DNA from: Proteobacteria bacterium UBA6921
GTDB lineage: Bacteria > Pseudomonadota > Gammaproteobacteria > SG8-11
Assembly (NCBI GenBank): GCA_002450895.1
Contig: DKAR01000108.1
Span: 169-64,168, forward strand
Direction of reading: 5' to 3'
Length of the DNA stretch: 64,000 nt
Shown here: piece by piece, positions 21,534 through 33,339 of the stretch
Numbering within the stretch: position 1 is the first letter of the stretch
Layout of the letters: each line of letters opens with the position of its first letter
Notes under the pieces: model-generated
Databases searched by the model: none
What the model saw: only the letters and a program-made list of their open reading frames with translations
What the model was told of the DNA's origin: nothing
Translations under genes and position numbers: made by a program

Positions 21534-22913
21534 ATGAAGATCACAGTTCCCGCATCCATATTCAAAGCGTACGACATCCGCGGCATCGTCGATGAAACGC
21601 TGACTCCCGAGGTCGTGCGCGGCATTGGCCAGGCACTTGGCAGCGAGGCCCTGCTGATCAATCAGAAAACAGTGGTGGTGGGACGCGACGGTCGATTGTC
21701 CGGGCCAGAAATCGCTGGAGCGTTGATTGAAGGATTGCGTGAAGCCGGTTGCGACGTGATTGATATCGGCATGGCGCCAACGCCGGTCGTTTATTACGCG
21801 GCAGCGCAAATCGGCACCGGTTCTGGCGTCGCCGTCACTGGCAGTCACAATCCGCCGAATTACAACGGGCTGAAAATGGTGCTGGGTGGCGTAACCCTAT
21901 CCGGCGATACCATCCAGAAGCTTCGCAAACGCGTCGAAACGGGTGACTACGCGCACGGCCACGGCGAATATCACACACGCGATGTCATCCCGGATTACAT
22001 CCAGCGCATTGTCGGCGACGTCAAACCGGCGCGGCGCATGCGGGTCGTCATCGACTGCGGCAATGGTGTCGCCGGCGCTGTCGCTCCTGCCCTGATGCAC
22101 GGCTTGGGATGCGAACTGCATTCCTTGTTTGCGGAAGTTGACGGACACTTTCCGAATCACCATCCCGATCCGTCGAAGCCGGAAAACCTCGAAGATCTGA
22201 TTGCCGCCGTGAAACAGCACCGCGCCGATATCGGGTTGGCATTTGACGGCGACGGCGATCGCCTCGGCGTAGTCACGCCGTCGGGCAAGGTGATCTGGCC
22301 CGACCGACAAATGATGTTGTTTGCCGCGGATGTGCTTTCGCGCAATCCTGGTGCTCCAATTATTTTTGATGTGAAGTGCACGACGCATTTGCCCAAATGG
22401 ATTGCGAAACATGGCGGCCAACCGCTGATGTGGCGCACCGGCCATTCGTTAATCAAGGCCAAGCTCAAGGAAAGTGGTGCGCCGCTCGCGGGTGAAATGA
22501 GCGGCCATATTTTCTTCAAGGATCGCTGGTATGGATTTGACGACGCGACCTACTCCGCCGCGCGCCTGCTGGAGATCCTTTCGAAGGACGCGCGATCGGC
22601 TGACGAAATCTTTTCGAGTTTGCCCGACTCCGTGAACACGCCGGAAATCAACGTCGAGATGAAGGAAGGCGAGCACCACACCTTTGTCCGGCGGCTTGTC
22701 GAAAGCGCGAAATTCAACGGTGGCACCGTGAATACCATTGACGGCCTGCGCGTTGATTTTGACGACGGCTTCGGTTTGGTTCGGGCATCAAATACGACGC
22801 CCTGTCTGGTCATTCGATTCGAGGCGACAACGAAGCAGGCGTTAAATCGTATTCAGGGGGAATTCCGAAAAGTCATGGTGGCGGTGGATCCATCACTCAA
22901 ATTGCCCTTCTAA
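21534..22913 (+). CDS. algC: phosphomannomutase/phosphoglucomutase
   Basis: The active-site loop TGSHNPPNYNGLK is present. The dut-algC order matches Pseudomonas. Confidence 0.9.
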   Translation: MKITVPASIFKAYDIRGIVDETLTPEVVRGIGQALGSEALLINQKTVVVGRDGRLSGPEIAGALIEGLREAGCDVIDIGMAPTPVVYYAAAQIGTGSGVAVTGSHNPPNYNGLKMVLGGVTLSGDTIQKLRKRVETGDYAHGHGEYHTRDVIPDYIQRIVGDVKPARRMRVVIDCGNGVAGAVAPALMHGLGCELHSLFAEVDGHFPNHHPDPSKPENLEDLIAAVKQHRADIGLAFDGDGDRLGVVTPSGKVIWPDRQMMLFAADVLSRNPGAPIIFDVKCTTHLPKWIAKHGGQPLMWRTGHSLIKAKLKESGAPLAGEMSGHIFFKDRWYGFDDATYSAARLLEILSKDARSADEIFSSLPDSVNTPEINVEMKEGEHHTFVRRLVESAKFNGGTVNTIDGLRVDFDDGFGLVRASNTTPCLVIRFEATTKQALNRIQGEFRKVMVAVDPSLKLPF

Positions 22914-22968
22914 CCACCCGCCAAATCGCGCCGCAAATTGAACGCGCGGCGCATTGCTTCTCAGTACA

Positions 22969-24603
22969 TCAGCCAAGCTTGAATCGTTGCACAAGACGGT
23001 CAAGTTGCCGGGTGAGCTCCGACATTTCCTGAGTCGAGCGTGCAGCACGCTCCGCGGTCGCCGCAACCCGATCCGCCACGCTGCTGATAGTGGCGACATT
23101 CCGGTTGATTTCTTCTGTTGTCCGGCTTTGCTCTTCGGTTGTGGTCGCAATCTGCGTGCTCATGTCATTGATTGCGCCAACGGCGTTCGTGATTGCATCC
23201 AGGGACGTTCCGGCTTCCGATACCTTCTGCACGGTTGCCTTGGTCTGCTGCTGTCCCTGTTCCATTGTGGACGCAACCTCGCCGACGCCGCTTTGCAAGC
23301 GCTGAATCATGTCCTGAATTTCGCGAGTGGATTGTTGCGTGCGCTGCGCAAGGGTGCGAACTTCATCGGCAACGACGGCGAAGCCGCGGCCTTGCTCGCC
23401 GGCTCGCGCCGCCTCGATTGCCGCATTGAGTGCCAGCAGATTGGTCTGCTCCGCGATCGATCGAATTACGTCGAGTACGACGCCGATCTTGTCGCTGTCG
23501 GTTTTTAGCTTTTGCAGTACACCCACTGCACGATCGACCTGTTGGGAAAGTACATCCATCGACTCAATGGCCTGCGCGACGATGCGGCGGCCACTGGTGG
23601 CGGCGTCATTGCCGTCATTCGCCGACGTCGCCGTATGCATGGAGTTGCGAGCGATTTCCTGCACGGTTGCGGTCATTTCATTTACTGCGGTTGCGACCAG
23701 CTCGGTTTCGGAATGCTGACGTTGCACGCCCTCGTTCGTTTCACTGCTGAATTGCGCGACCTCGCCGGTTATTCTCACCAGGCTGGCCACGGCACCGCGA
23801 ATTTCGGAAATCGACTTCTGAAAGCCCGACAGGACTTCGTTGAGCTGGCGCGCAAGGTTACCTACCTCGTCGTCTGTGCTGTCATCGGCACGAATCGCGA
23901 GGTTCCCCTGTGCGGCGGCAGCGGCCACCGTTACACCGAGTGACTGTATTCGCTTGAGTTTCTCCGTGACGGATTTCGGCACCACGGCTGCGAGTATTGC
24001 GATGACAATCAATGCCAGTGCCGACATTACGGTAACATGGCCCAAAGTGTCATTTGCAAGGCGGGAGCCCGCACTCTGAACAGCCTTGTTTTGATTTTCG
24101 ACGAGATGGCGCGTTTCACCCATCGCTTCTTCAAGAGTGCTGAATTGCGACATGAAGCCGCCGAATTTTGCCGCCGCCCCGCTGGCATCGACTGCGGATT
24201 GAGCCACGATATCCTCTGCCGTTGAGATATAGCGTTCGGAAAGAACTTCCACCTCTTTGAGCTTGCCTGCAATTTCCCCGTCCACAGCGATTTTCTTGTT
24301 TTCCGAAACCATTTGCCGGAATTTTTCTGCATGCTCCTTCGTCTCGCGCACCGCCTCGGATTTTGTTGTTGCTCCCTGCGAGGCTGAATAAAGGGCAGCC
24401 AGGACATCTGCTCGCAACGCATCGTGCATCATGTCGGCGTTCTGATGGTTTGCCAGCAATGTGGCGTTTCTGACGACATCCTCAAGCGCACTGTCCAGCG
24501 AGCGAATTCCGGTCCAGGAAATGAGCGCGGTGGCGACCGCAAGGACCGAAACTACAAGTCCTGAGAACCGAACTTTGGCATTAATCGACATTTTCGCCAG
24601 CAT
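22969..24603 (-). CDS. methyl-accepting chemotaxis protein (4-helix-bundle sensor, TM, HAMP and MCP signalling domain)
   Basis: The conserved MCP hairpin tip [33 protein letters not shown] and two TM segments are present. I chose the internal Met start. Confidence 0.85.
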   Translation of the reverse strand: MLAKMSINAKVRFSGLVVSVLAVATALISWTGIRSLDSALEDVVRNATLLANHQNADMMHDALRADVLAALYSASQGATTKSEAVRETKEHAEKFRQMVSENKKIAVDGEIAGKLKEVEVLSERYISTAEDIVAQSAVDASGAAAKFGGFMSQFSTLEEAMGETRHLVENQNKAVQSAGSRLANDTLGHVTVMSALALIVIAILAAVVPKSVTEKLKRIQSLGVTVAAAAAQGNLAIRADDSTDDEVGNLARQLNEVLSGFQKSISEIRGAVASLVRITGEVAQFSSETNEGVQRQHSETELVATAVNEMTATVQEIARNSMHTATSANDGNDAATSGRRIVAQAIESMDVLSQQVDRAVGVLQKLKTDSDKIGVVLDVIRSIAEQTNLLALNAAIEAARAGEQGRGFAVVADEVRTLAQRTQQSTREIQDMIQRLQSGVGEVASTMEQGQQQTKATVQKVSEAGTSLDAITNAVGAINDMSTQIATTTEEQSRTTEEINRNVATISSVADRVAATAERAARSTQEMSELTRQLDRLVQRFKLG

Positions 24604-24793
24604 GGAATGACCTCGTGAGGCTCTCGTGCGGAGAGTTAGGCGTGAACAATTGACCTGCACATGTATCGGCAAGGGTGGGTCGACCCTTTACCGCCAAACG
24701 AGAGGGGATTCCGGCCCCGTTCAATTCGCTGCGGGAGCTTCCGATACAGCCTGGAAGATGACCAGAATCGGCTGAAGATGGCGCCCCGGAACC

Positions 24794-25909
24794 ATGACCA
24801 AACCCAGAATAATCGTAATTGATGACTCAAAACTCATGCGGGTTTCGTTGAAGAACTGCCTGAAGGACGAATTTGAGATTGTCGAAGCGGAAAATGGTGA
24901 GTTGGGTTGGAACGCCCTTGCCTCGGATCCTTCGCTTCAGGTCGTAATTACCGATGCGCAGATGCCGGTGCTGGACGGCTATGAGCTGATTACGCGAATA
25001 CGCGCCAGCGACATCGAGCACGTCAAGCAGATCCCGGTGATCATGATCACCGGCGCCGATGACGAAGCGGCGCGGGAACGCGCCCTGACTACTGGCGCCA
25101 CGGATTTCGTCACCAAACCGTTTGACAAGACCCAGCTGCTCGCGCGAACGCGTTCTCACGCGAAACTCGATCAAACGACGCGCAAACTCGCCGCCGAGGG
25201 CGCGATCGACTCTGTCACCAATTTGAACAGTCGCCGGTTCTTCAGCGAGCGAGGAACACAGGATCTCGCATTCGCCAAGCGCCGCAACATGGATGTCTCT
25301 GTGATCGTGATGCGTATTGATCGCTACGAATCGATTCGCTCCGAAAAGGGAGAGGCACTCGGAAACGCAGTTCTGCAATGGGTCGCCAAACGAATTCGCG
25401 ACACGATTCGAACCGAAGATACGCTGGCCAGAATCGAAGGTGGAACATTTGCGGTCATCGCATCCGGAGCCGGACGGCTCGAGGGCGCTGTTCTGTGCGA
25501 ACGCGCACGCAAAGCGGTGTCATCCACCGTGTTCAAGAATGAAGATACCGCCTTCGCCGTCACACTGAGTTTGGGGCTGGTTTGTTTCAGTCACGACCAG
25601 CCGGAAAGCATCGAGCGGTTCCTGGAGATCGCCGAGCAACGCGTCGCGCGCGCCGAAGCCGAGGGCGGCAACAAAATCATTGCGACGGATGTGGCGGAAA
25701 AGAAAGCCGACAACGTGGTGGTCGAGCTGATTCCGAGCGTTGATAGCGCATTGCAAATGGTTGCATCGAAGAGTTTCGATCGCCTGAAGCCGCACTTTGT
25801 GGCATTGCTCCGGCGCGTCTTGCCCCTGTTCGAAGCTGCCGATGCACATCTGAAGCTGGGTATTGGCGAAGCGCTGGCTACCATCAAGTCGAAGCTGGCG
25901 AAACCCTAG
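24794..25909 (+). CDS. response-regulator receiver domain fused to a degenerate GGDEF domain (EGGTF in place of GGDEF, RxxD I-site retained)
   Basis: The REC motifs (IIVIDDS, phospho-Asp in ITDAQMP, KP) are present. The GGDEF fold region runs NLNSRRFF..ARIEGGTFAV..EAEGGNKI, with RTED upstream of the degenerate motif. Confidence 0.75.
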   Translation: MTKPRIIVIDDSKLMRVSLKNCLKDEFEIVEAENGELGWNALASDPSLQVVITDAQMPVLDGYELITRIRASDIEHVKQIPVIMITGADDEAARERALTTGATDFVTKPFDKTQLLARTRSHAKLDQTTRKLAAEGAIDSVTNLNSRRFFSERGTQDLAFAKRRNMDVSVIVMRIDRYESIRSEKGEALGNAVLQWVAKRIRDTIRTEDTLARIEGGTFAVIASGAGRLEGAVLCERARKAVSSTVFKNEDTAFAVTLSLGLVCFSHDQPESIERFLEIAEQRVARAEAEGGNKIIATDVAEKKADNVVVELIPSVDSALQMVASKSFDRLKPHFVALLRRVLPLFEAADAHLKLGIGEALATIKSKLAKP

Positions 25910-25979
25910 TTCCAGGGCAGGTTCTGCGCCCATTTCCGCCGTGCGGGCCGCACGCTACAATGCTTGGGTCGTCACATAG

Positions 25980-26882
<903 letters not shown>

Positions 26883-26913
26883 TGCGCTTCGGTCCGACGC
26901 GGGCGGCCCTGCC

Positions 26914-27669
26914 ATGGACCTGACCCAGCAACTCATCCTGTTTGTCATTTCGCTGCTCGCCAATATTTTCTCTGCGTTCGCGGGCGGCGGCGCCGGGCTG
27001 ATTCAATTTCCTGCGTTGATCTTTCTCGGATTACCTTTTGGCGTGGCGCTCGCAACCCACAAGGTGGCCAGCGTTGCCCTCGGCATCGGCGCCACTCTGC
27101 GCAACATGCGCGAGAAAGCGCTGGAACGAAAATTCGCCGCGTTTATTCTTGTCTGCGGATTGCCCGGGGTCGTCCTTGGTGCGAGCGTAATACTGGCAGT
27201 TCCCGACACCGCCGCGCGTATCGCGCTGGGCGTTCTCACAGCGGGTCTGGGCGTGTATTCGGCGTTCAAACCCGAGCTGGGTCAATCACACACTCCGACA
27301 CATCGCGACGCGCGCGGCTACGCTATTGGTGGCACGGTCATCTTTGTCATCGGCGCGCTGAATGGGTCATTGACGTCAGGTACGGGGCTCTTTGTCACGC
27401 TATGGCTGGTGCGATGGTTTGGTCTCGACTACAAGCGCGCCGTGGCGTACACGTTGATCCTGGTGGGAATGTTCTGGAACGGAACAGGCGCCGTTACGCT
27501 GGGAATACTCGGAGAGATCCGCTGGTCCTGGTTACCGGCGTTATTGCTCGGTTCCCTGTTCGGCGGCTACATCGGCGCACACCTCGCGATCACCAAGGGG
27601 AACAAGTGGATCAAGCGCGCGTTCGAAGTAATCACCATCGCGGTGGGCGCGAAGCTGGTGATCGGATAG
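26914..27669 (+). CDS. TauE/SafE (DUF81) family membrane exporter
   Basis: The motif FAGGGAGLIQFP and 7-8 TM helices are present. Confidence 0.8.
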   Translation: MDLTQQLILFVISLLANIFSAFAGGGAGLIQFPALIFLGLPFGVALATHKVASVALGIGATLRNMREKALERKFAAFILVCGLPGVVLGASVILAVPDTAARIALGVLTAGLGVYSAFKPELGQSHTPTHRDARGYAIGGTVIFVIGALNGSLTSGTGLFVTLWLVRWFGLDYKRAVAYTLILVGMFWNGTGAVTLGILGEIRWSWLPALLLGSLFGGYIGAHLAITKGNKWIKRAFEVITIAVGAKLVIG

Positions 27670-27706
27670 AACAACGGTGTAATGCCGGCACAACAGGGCA
27701 GCGTCG

Positions 27707-28789
27707 ATGAGCGTCTTCTGGTTCGTTCTGGGATTGGCAACGCTGGTGGCCGGCGCGCAGTTGCTGGTGCGTGGCGCATCGAAGCTGGCGTTCTCGTTTG
27801 GCATTTCGCCGCTGGTCGTTGGCCTGACGGTGGTCGCGTTCGGCACCAGCGCGCCGGAGATGGCGGTTTCGGTTCGCTCGGCGTGGGGTGGGCAAGTCGA
27901 CATCGCGCTCGGAAATGTCGTCGGTAGCAATATTTTCAACGTTCTCATCATCTTGGGGTTGTCTTCACTAATCGCGCCGCTGGTTGTTGCACCGCAGCTC
28001 ATACGCCAGGAAGTGCCGATCATGATTGGTGCATCGGTGCTGCTGTTTCTGCTTGCGCTGGATGGTGGCATCGGTCGCGCTGACGGTGCGCTGCTGTTCG
28101 GACTTGTCGTTGCTTACACGGTTTTCCTGATTCGCCAGAGCCGCGGCGTACAGGCAGAAACGCGCGATGAGTACGCGCAAGAGTTCGGCGCGTCCCGCGC
28201 GGCATGGGATCGCCACTGGGCGGCGCAGGTTCTCCTGATCGCGGCCGGGCTCGCCCTGCTTGTGCAGGGCGCGCACTGGCTGGTCGATGCTGCAGTGGGT
28301 TTTGCGCGGCTGTTCGGTCTGAGCGAGATGGTGATCGGCCTGACCATCGTTGCGGCAGGCACGTCGTTGCCCGAAGTCGCTACGTCGGTCGTCGCAACAC
28401 TGCGCGGCGAGCGCGATATTGCGGTCGGCAACGTCATCGGCAGCAATACCTTCAATATCCTGGCGGTGCTGGGACTCTCCTCGATGGTTGCGCCGCAACC
28501 GCTCTCCTTTGCGCCATCCCTTTTGGCCTTCGATCTCCCGGTCATGCTCGCCATCGCGTTGGCGTGCCTGCCGATTTTTTTCACTGGCAACCTTATCGCA
28601 CGCTGGGAAGGAGCATTGTTTCTCGCCTATTACGTGGCTTACATGTCATTCCTGATACTTGCATCGCAACAACACGATGTGTTGCCAGCGTTCAGTGCAG
28701 TGATGCTTGAGTTCGTACTGCCGTTGACGTTCATTACGATCGCAATCATCGCGGCGCGCGAGTGGCGTGCCCGGCGCGGGGTCGCCTGA
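27707..28789 (+). CDS. Ca2+/cation antiporter (CaCA / YrbG-type Na+:Ca2+ exchanger)
   Basis: Two alpha repeats are present (GTSAPEMAVS..GNVVGSNIFNVL and GTSLPEVATS..GNVIGSNTFNIL). Confidence 0.85.
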   Translation: MSVFWFVLGLATLVAGAQLLVRGASKLAFSFGISPLVVGLTVVAFGTSAPEMAVSVRSAWGGQVDIALGNVVGSNIFNVLIILGLSSLIAPLVVAPQLIRQEVPIMIGASVLLFLLALDGGIGRADGALLFGLVVAYTVFLIRQSRGVQAETRDEYAQEFGASRAAWDRHWAAQVLLIAAGLALLVQGAHWLVDAAVGFARLFGLSEMVIGLTIVAAGTSLPEVATSVVATLRGERDIAVGNVIGSNTFNILAVLGLSSMVAPQPLSFAPSLLAFDLPVMLAIALACLPIFFTGNLIARWEGALFLAYYVAYMSFLILASQQHDVLPAFSAVMLEFVLPLTFITIAIIAAREWRARRGVA

Positions 28790-28791
28790 CT

Positions 28792-31074
28792 ATGGTTCAT
28801 AGCGTGGGTGATCAGGAAACACAGCGGCCCGACGTGTTGCTGCTGGTGCTGGCGCTGTTTCCCGCGAGCATGTTTTTGGTGCTGCTCTACGCGCTCATTA
28901 CGCAGCCGCTGCCATGGGCGGCGAGCTGGACGTGGGTGCCGTCGCTGGGTATCGACTTGACGCTGTGGGTCGATGGGCTTGCCGCGCAATTCTTGCTGTT
29001 GATTACCGGCATCGGGACACTCGTGCTGATTTATGCCGCAGGCTATCTTGCCGGCGTCACCGGCCGTGCGCGCGTGGCGTTACTCCTGTTGCTGTTCATG
29101 GCGGCCATGATTGGTGCGGTGATCAGCGACCACCTGATCGTGTTGTTCATGTTTTGGGAACTCACCAGCGTGCTGTCGTTCTTGCTGGTCGGTTTCAGCC
29201 ACGAGCAGGAAAACACGCGCAGATCGGCGCAGCAGGCACTGTTGGTGACTGGTTTGGGCGGCCTCGCATTGCTCGCAGGATTTATCCTGCTGGGTCAAAT
29301 CGCCGAAACTTATTCGATTCAGGATTTGATCGCACGCGCTGACAGATTCGTTGGCGATGCTCGCTTGTCGGCTGCGCTGCTTCTTATTTTCGCTGGGGCT
29401 TTCACCAAGTCCGCCCAGTTTCCATTTCATTTCTGGCTGCCGAATGCGATGGCGGCTCCGACGCCCGTCAGTGCCTATTTGCATTCGGCAACCATGGTCA
29501 AGCTTGGCATCTACCTGCTGGCACGTCTGGATGCGGCGTTCAGCGACTTGCTCCTTTGGGAAGTGGTTCTGGTGGCCGTCGGCACGTCCACCGCAGTCGG
29601 CGCGGCATTGCAGACGATGCGCGAGCGCGATCTGAAACGCATTCTCGCCTGGTCGACCGTCGCGACACTGGGCACGCTGACAATGCTCGTCGGTTTGCCG
29701 GGACAAGGCGCCGCACTGGCCGTGGCGACGTTGTTCTTCGCGCACGCACTCTACAAGGCGCCGTTGTTTTTCGTGGCCGGCAATCTCGATCACGGCGCCG
29801 GAACGCGCATCATTGATCAACTCACCGGCATGCGACGCTACATGCCCTGGACTGCGGCCGCCGCACTGTTGGCCGCGATCTCAATGGCGGGCTTGCCGCT
29901 GTCGTTTGGTTTCATCGCCAAGGATGTACTTACGATCGCGAAGGCCGAGTCCGAAGTCTTCAAAGCAGTGAGTTATGCATCGGTGTTTGTCAGCGGCGTC
30001 TCGGTTGCGGCTGCCGCCGTGGCAGCCATTCATGTGTTCTGGGGTCGGGATACGGTGCCGCGCGAAGCGCATCCGCACGAGGGTAGCTGGCCGATGTTGT
30101 TCCCGCCATTGCTGCTGGTAACGTTGGGAGTCCTATTCGGCCTCGCGCCAACACTGGTGGATCCGATATTGGGGGCTGCCGCACGCGCCATTGCGCCGGG
30201 TCTTGATGCCGACGCGGTGCGCAATGCCTACGACGCAACGCCCGTAATCAGTGCCACATTGAGCGCCGTACTGATCGGTGTAGTGATCTACCGGAACTGG
30301 GACCGGATGCACGCGCTGCTCGAGCGCGCCCATTTTCTCGACGTGCTCGGGCCGGAGTCCTGGTACTGGCGCAAGCTTGCATTCCTGCCAAAACTCGCCG
30401 CCTGGCTGACGCGGCGTCTTCAACACGGCCGTTTGCCGGGCTATGTGCTGGTGCTGATTGGCACGTGTTCCGTTGTGCTGTTTGCACTGGTTGGAGTGAC
30501 GTGGCCGACATGGCAGGCCGTGGAAGTGTCGGCGCCCGAACTGCCGGTTCTGCTCGCATGCGCGCTCATCGCGGCTGGTGCCCTGGCAACGCTGTTCGTG
30601 AGAGATCACCTGGTATTGCTGCTGGTGAGCGGTCTTGTGGGTTACGGCAGTGCGGCGCTGTTCTTATTCACCGGCGCTCCTGATCTTGCGTTCACGCAGT
30701 TTGCCGTCGAGACAGTGTTCGTCGTGGTGGCGGCGACGCTGCTCGTCCGGTTGCGGCGTGCGCCAGCGACGGCATCCTCTGCCTTGCGCGAGCCGGTTCT
30801 GCGACCGGTCGCGCTGGTCGTCAGTATCACCTTCGCCGTCGTGCTCACGGCGCTGCTGTTGTTCGTCAGCGCACAACCATTCGACAGCACGCTGAGCGAA
30901 TATTTCGGCGCGCAAAGTGTGCCGGCCGCACACGGACGCAACGTGGTCAATGTCATCATCGTCGACTTTCGCGCACTTGATACGCTGGGCGAGATCGGCG
31001 TGCTGCTGTTTGCACTGCTGGCGGCACTGCCGTTGTTGCGACTGGGTCGCGGCGCGCGTTCGGAGGCCACATGA
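28792..31074 (+). CDS. mrpA: monovalent cation/H+ antiporter subunit A (NuoL-like, MrpA/MnhA)
   Basis: The 760-aa polytopic protein has NuoL/MrpA motifs (WLPNAMAAPTPVSAYLHSATMV). It is the first gene of a seven-gene mrp cluster. Confidence 0.85.
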   Translation: MVHSVGDQETQRPDVLLLVLALFPASMFLVLLYALITQPLPWAASWTWVPSLGIDLTLWVDGLAAQFLLLITGIGTLVLIYAAGYLAGVTGRARVALLLLLFMAAMIGAVISDHLIVLFMFWELTSVLSFLLVGFSHEQENTRRSAQQALLVTGLGGLALLAGFILLGQIAETYSIQDLIARADRFVGDARLSAALLLIFAGAFTKSAQFPFHFWLPNAMAAPTPVSAYLHSATMVKLGIYLLARLDAAFSDLLLWEVVLVAVGTSTAVGAALQTMRERDLKRILAWSTVATLGTLTMLVGLPGQGAALAVATLFFAHALYKAPLFFVAGNLDHGAGTRIIDQLTGMRRYMPWTAAAALLAAISMAGLPLSFGFIAKDVLTIAKAESEVFKAVSYASVFVSGVSVAAAAVAAIHVFWGRDTVPREAHPHEGSWPMLFPPLLLVTLGVLFGLAPTLVDPILGAAARAIAPGLDADAVRNAYDATPVISATLSAVLIGVVIYRNWDRMHALLERAHFLDVLGPESWYWRKLAFLPKLAAWLTRRLQHGRLPGYVLVLIGTCSVVLFALVGVTWPTWQAVEVSAPELPVLLACALIAAGALATLFVRDHLVLLLVSGLVGYGSAALFLFTGAPDLAFTQFAVETVFVVVAATLLVRLRRAPATASSALREPVLRPVALVVSITFAVVLTALLLFVSAQPFDSTLSEYFGAQSVPAAHGRNVVNVIIVDFRALDTLGEIGVLLFALLAALPLLRLGRGARSEAT

Positions 31075-31502
31075 CTTCGCGACCGCTGCTGGCCGAAGTG
31101 TTCGTGCGCGGCTTGTACATCGTACTGCTAGTCGCATCAATTTGGGTCTTGCTGCGGGGTCACAACGCGCCCGGTGGAGGTTTCATCGGCGGCCTGCTGG
31201 CGGTGGCCGCGAGCGCCGCGTATGCGCTGACCTTTAACGCGACAAGTGCGCTGCAACGCCTGCCGTTGCGGCCCGCGGCGCTCGCGGCAATCGGTGTGCT
31301 GTTGTCGGCGGCCAGCGGTGTTCCAGCATTGTGGTCCGATTTGCCGTTTCTGACGCACTTGTGGGTTGAGTTACCGCTAGGGATCGCAGACCTTCCTCTG
31401 TCGACCGTGATGGTGTTCGACTTCGGTGTTTATTTGTGCGTGTGGGGCGCATTGGGTGGATATTGCCTTGGCTTGCTGCGCGCACTCGAGGAAGCGCCAT
31501 GA
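31071..31502 (+). CDS. mrpB: cation/H+ antiporter subunit B (MnhB domain)
   Basis: The motif GHNAPGGGFIGG is present. An ATGA start overlaps mrpA. Confidence 0.8.
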   Translation: MTSRPLLAEVFVRGLYIVLLVASIWVLLRGHNAPGGGFIGGLLAVAASAAYALTFNATSALQRLPLRPAALAAIGVLLSAASGVPALWSDLPFLTHLWVELPLGIADLPLSTVMVFDFGVYLCVWGALGGYCLGLLRALEEAP

Positions 31503-31885
31503 TCTGGGTCGTGGCGATCGCGTTCGGAACCGTCATCGCCGCCGGCACCTATCTGGCGCTATCGCGCGACGCGCTGCGCTGTGTGATTGGCGTGGCAATG
31601 CTCGGTAGTGGCGTCAACCTGCTCGTGTTTGCGTCCGGGCGCTTGCAATCCCACATACCGGCGATTGTTCCAGCGACGCAAACGCAACTCACGCTGGCTG
31701 CCAACCCGTTGCCGCAGGCCCTGGTGCTCACCGCGATCGTCATCAGCTTTGCGTTGCTGTGTTTCTCATTGGTGCTCGCGGCGCGCATCGTACTGGAGCG
31801 TGGCGATGCGGATTTGGAAGAGTTGCGTTTCGCCGAGCCGCACGCGCCCGAGGGCTACAAACCGAGCGTTGAGGAGTCGCAATGA
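31499..31885 (+). CDS. mrpC: cation/H+ antiporter subunit C (NuoK-like)
   Basis: The sequence MIWVVAIAFGTVIAAGTYLAL..GSGVNLLVF is present. An ATGA start overlaps mrpB. Confidence 0.85.
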   Translation: MIWVVAIAFGTVIAAGTYLALSRDALRCVIGVAMLGSGVNLLVFASGRLQSHIPAIVPATQTQLTLAANPLPQALVLTAIVISFALLCFSLVLAARIVLERGDADLEELRFAEPHAPEGYKPSVEESQ

Positions 31886-33339
31886 TGTGGCCACTTGCGC
31901 CCATGCTTGTGCCATTGGCGACCGCGCTACTGTGTGTGCTGACGCAGTCCACGCCACGCCGGCAGCAGATGATCAGTGTGGTTGGTGCGACCGTGCTGCT
32001 GATAACTTCAACGCTACTGTTTTTGGAGGTTCAGCAGGTTGGCGCGCTGCGCGTGGTGCTGGGCCACTGGCCGCTGCCGTTCGGCATCGAGTTTGTGGCA
32101 GATGTTCTTGGCACCGCGCTGGCACTGGTTGCAGCGCTCATGCTGAACGTGACCGTGCTGTGGCAATGGAGCGACGCCGATGCCGCGCCGTCGTCGCCGA
32201 CACTGCACCCACTGCTGCACGGTCTCGTCGCCGGCGTGTGCGGCGCATTCATGACCGCAGATTTGTTCAACCTCTACGTCTGGTTTGAAGTGGCGTTGAT
32301 GTGCGCGCTGGGGTTGCTGGCGCACGGTGGGGGATTGCACCAGCTGGACGCCGCGTTGAAGTATTTCGTGCTCAACGTGATCGGAACAATGCTGTTTCTC
32401 GTGGCCGTTGCTTTGATCTACGCGGCAACGGGACACCTGAATTTTTCCGCATTGGGCGACGCGATGGCGCGCCTCGACGCGGCGGTAGCGCTGCCGCTGT
32501 ATGGTCTGTTGCTGTTCGCCCTGCTCGCCAAAGCCGCGGCATTTCCGTTGTATGCGTGGTTGCCGGCTTCGTACCACACACTGCCGCCACCGGTGTTGGC
32601 GCTGTTTTCCGCATTGCTTGCGAAAGTCGGAATCTACGCCATCCTGCGTTTGTTCGGAAACGTCTTCACGCCGGCCCCGGCGCTGCTCTACGACGCTTTG
32701 GGCTGGATCGCCGTGCTGTCGATGATTGCCGGTGTGCTCGGTGCGGCATACCACTGGGACATGCGCCGCATCCTGGCGTTTCACAGCATCAGCCAGATCG
32801 GTTACATCCTGCTTGCGATCGCAATGGCGTCGCGGACCGGCGACACGGCGGCAATATTTTTCACGCTGCACCACAGCCTCGTGAAAGCCAGCCTGATCCT
32901 GGTGGCGGCGTTGGTGTTTCGCTATACCGGCCACTATGACTTGCGACGTTGCGGCGGTTTGTATGCGAGCCGACCCTGGCTGGGTGTTGCGTTCCTGTTG
33001 CTCGCGTTGTCGTTGGTGGGCATCCCACCTTTCAGCGGATTTTGGGGGAAATATCTGATCGTGCGAGAGGCGCTTTCGCAAGGTGCATACTTGTGGACGG
33101 CGTGCGCGCTGCTGGTGAGCGTCGTCACCTTGTATTCGATGATGAAGATCTGGTTAGAGGCATTCTGGAAGCCGCATCCGGATCCGGCGTGGCGTGCGCC
33201 GGAACATGTGCGCCTTGCGCCCGCCTGGGTCGGCGTAAGTGGTCTCGCGCTGGTGGTGTTATCCATCGGTGTCGCGCCCGAAGCGCTGATCGGTTTCGCC
33301 GACGCCGCGGCGGGTGCGTTGCGGGGTGATGTGCCGTGA
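31882..33339 (+). CDS. mrpD: cation/H+ antiporter subunit D (NuoN/M-like)
   Basis: The polytopic protein has the proton-antiporter motifs WLPASYHTLPPPVLALFSALLAKVG. Confidence 0.85.
   Translation: MMWPLAPMLVPLATALLCVLTQSTPRRQQMISVVGATVLLITSTLLFLEVQQVGALRVVLGHWPLPFGIEFVADVLGTALALVAALMLNVTVLWQWSDADAAPSSPTLHPLLHGLVAGVCGAFMTADLFNLYVWFEVALMCALGLLAHGGGLHQLDAALKYFVLNVIGTMLFLVAVALIYAATGHLNFSALGDAMARLDAAVALPLYGLLLFALLAKAAAFPLYAWLPASYHTLPPPVLALFSALLAKVGIYAILRLFGNVFTPAPALLYDALGWIAVLSMIAGVLGAAYHWDMRRILAFHSISQIGYILLAIAMASRTGDTAAIFFTLHHSLVKASLILVAALVFRYTGHYDLRRCGGLYASRPWLGVAFLLLALSLVGIPPFSGFWGKYLIVREALSQGAYLWTACALLVSVVTLYSMMKIWLEAFWKPHPDPAWRAPEHVRLAPAWVGVSGLALVVLSIGVAPEALIGFADAAAGALRGDVP

Noticed and set aside
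22927-22952. Hairpin between the convergent algC and MCP genes as a terminator
   Set aside because: The 7-bp stem lacks a convincing T tract on either strand. I noted it only as a possible weak terminator and did not list it as a feature.
32014-33081. 355-aa minus-strand ORF inside mrpD
   Set aside because: It is antisense to a clear NuoN-like antiporter subunit, and its Arg/Gln-rich translation is typical of a reversed high-GC frame.
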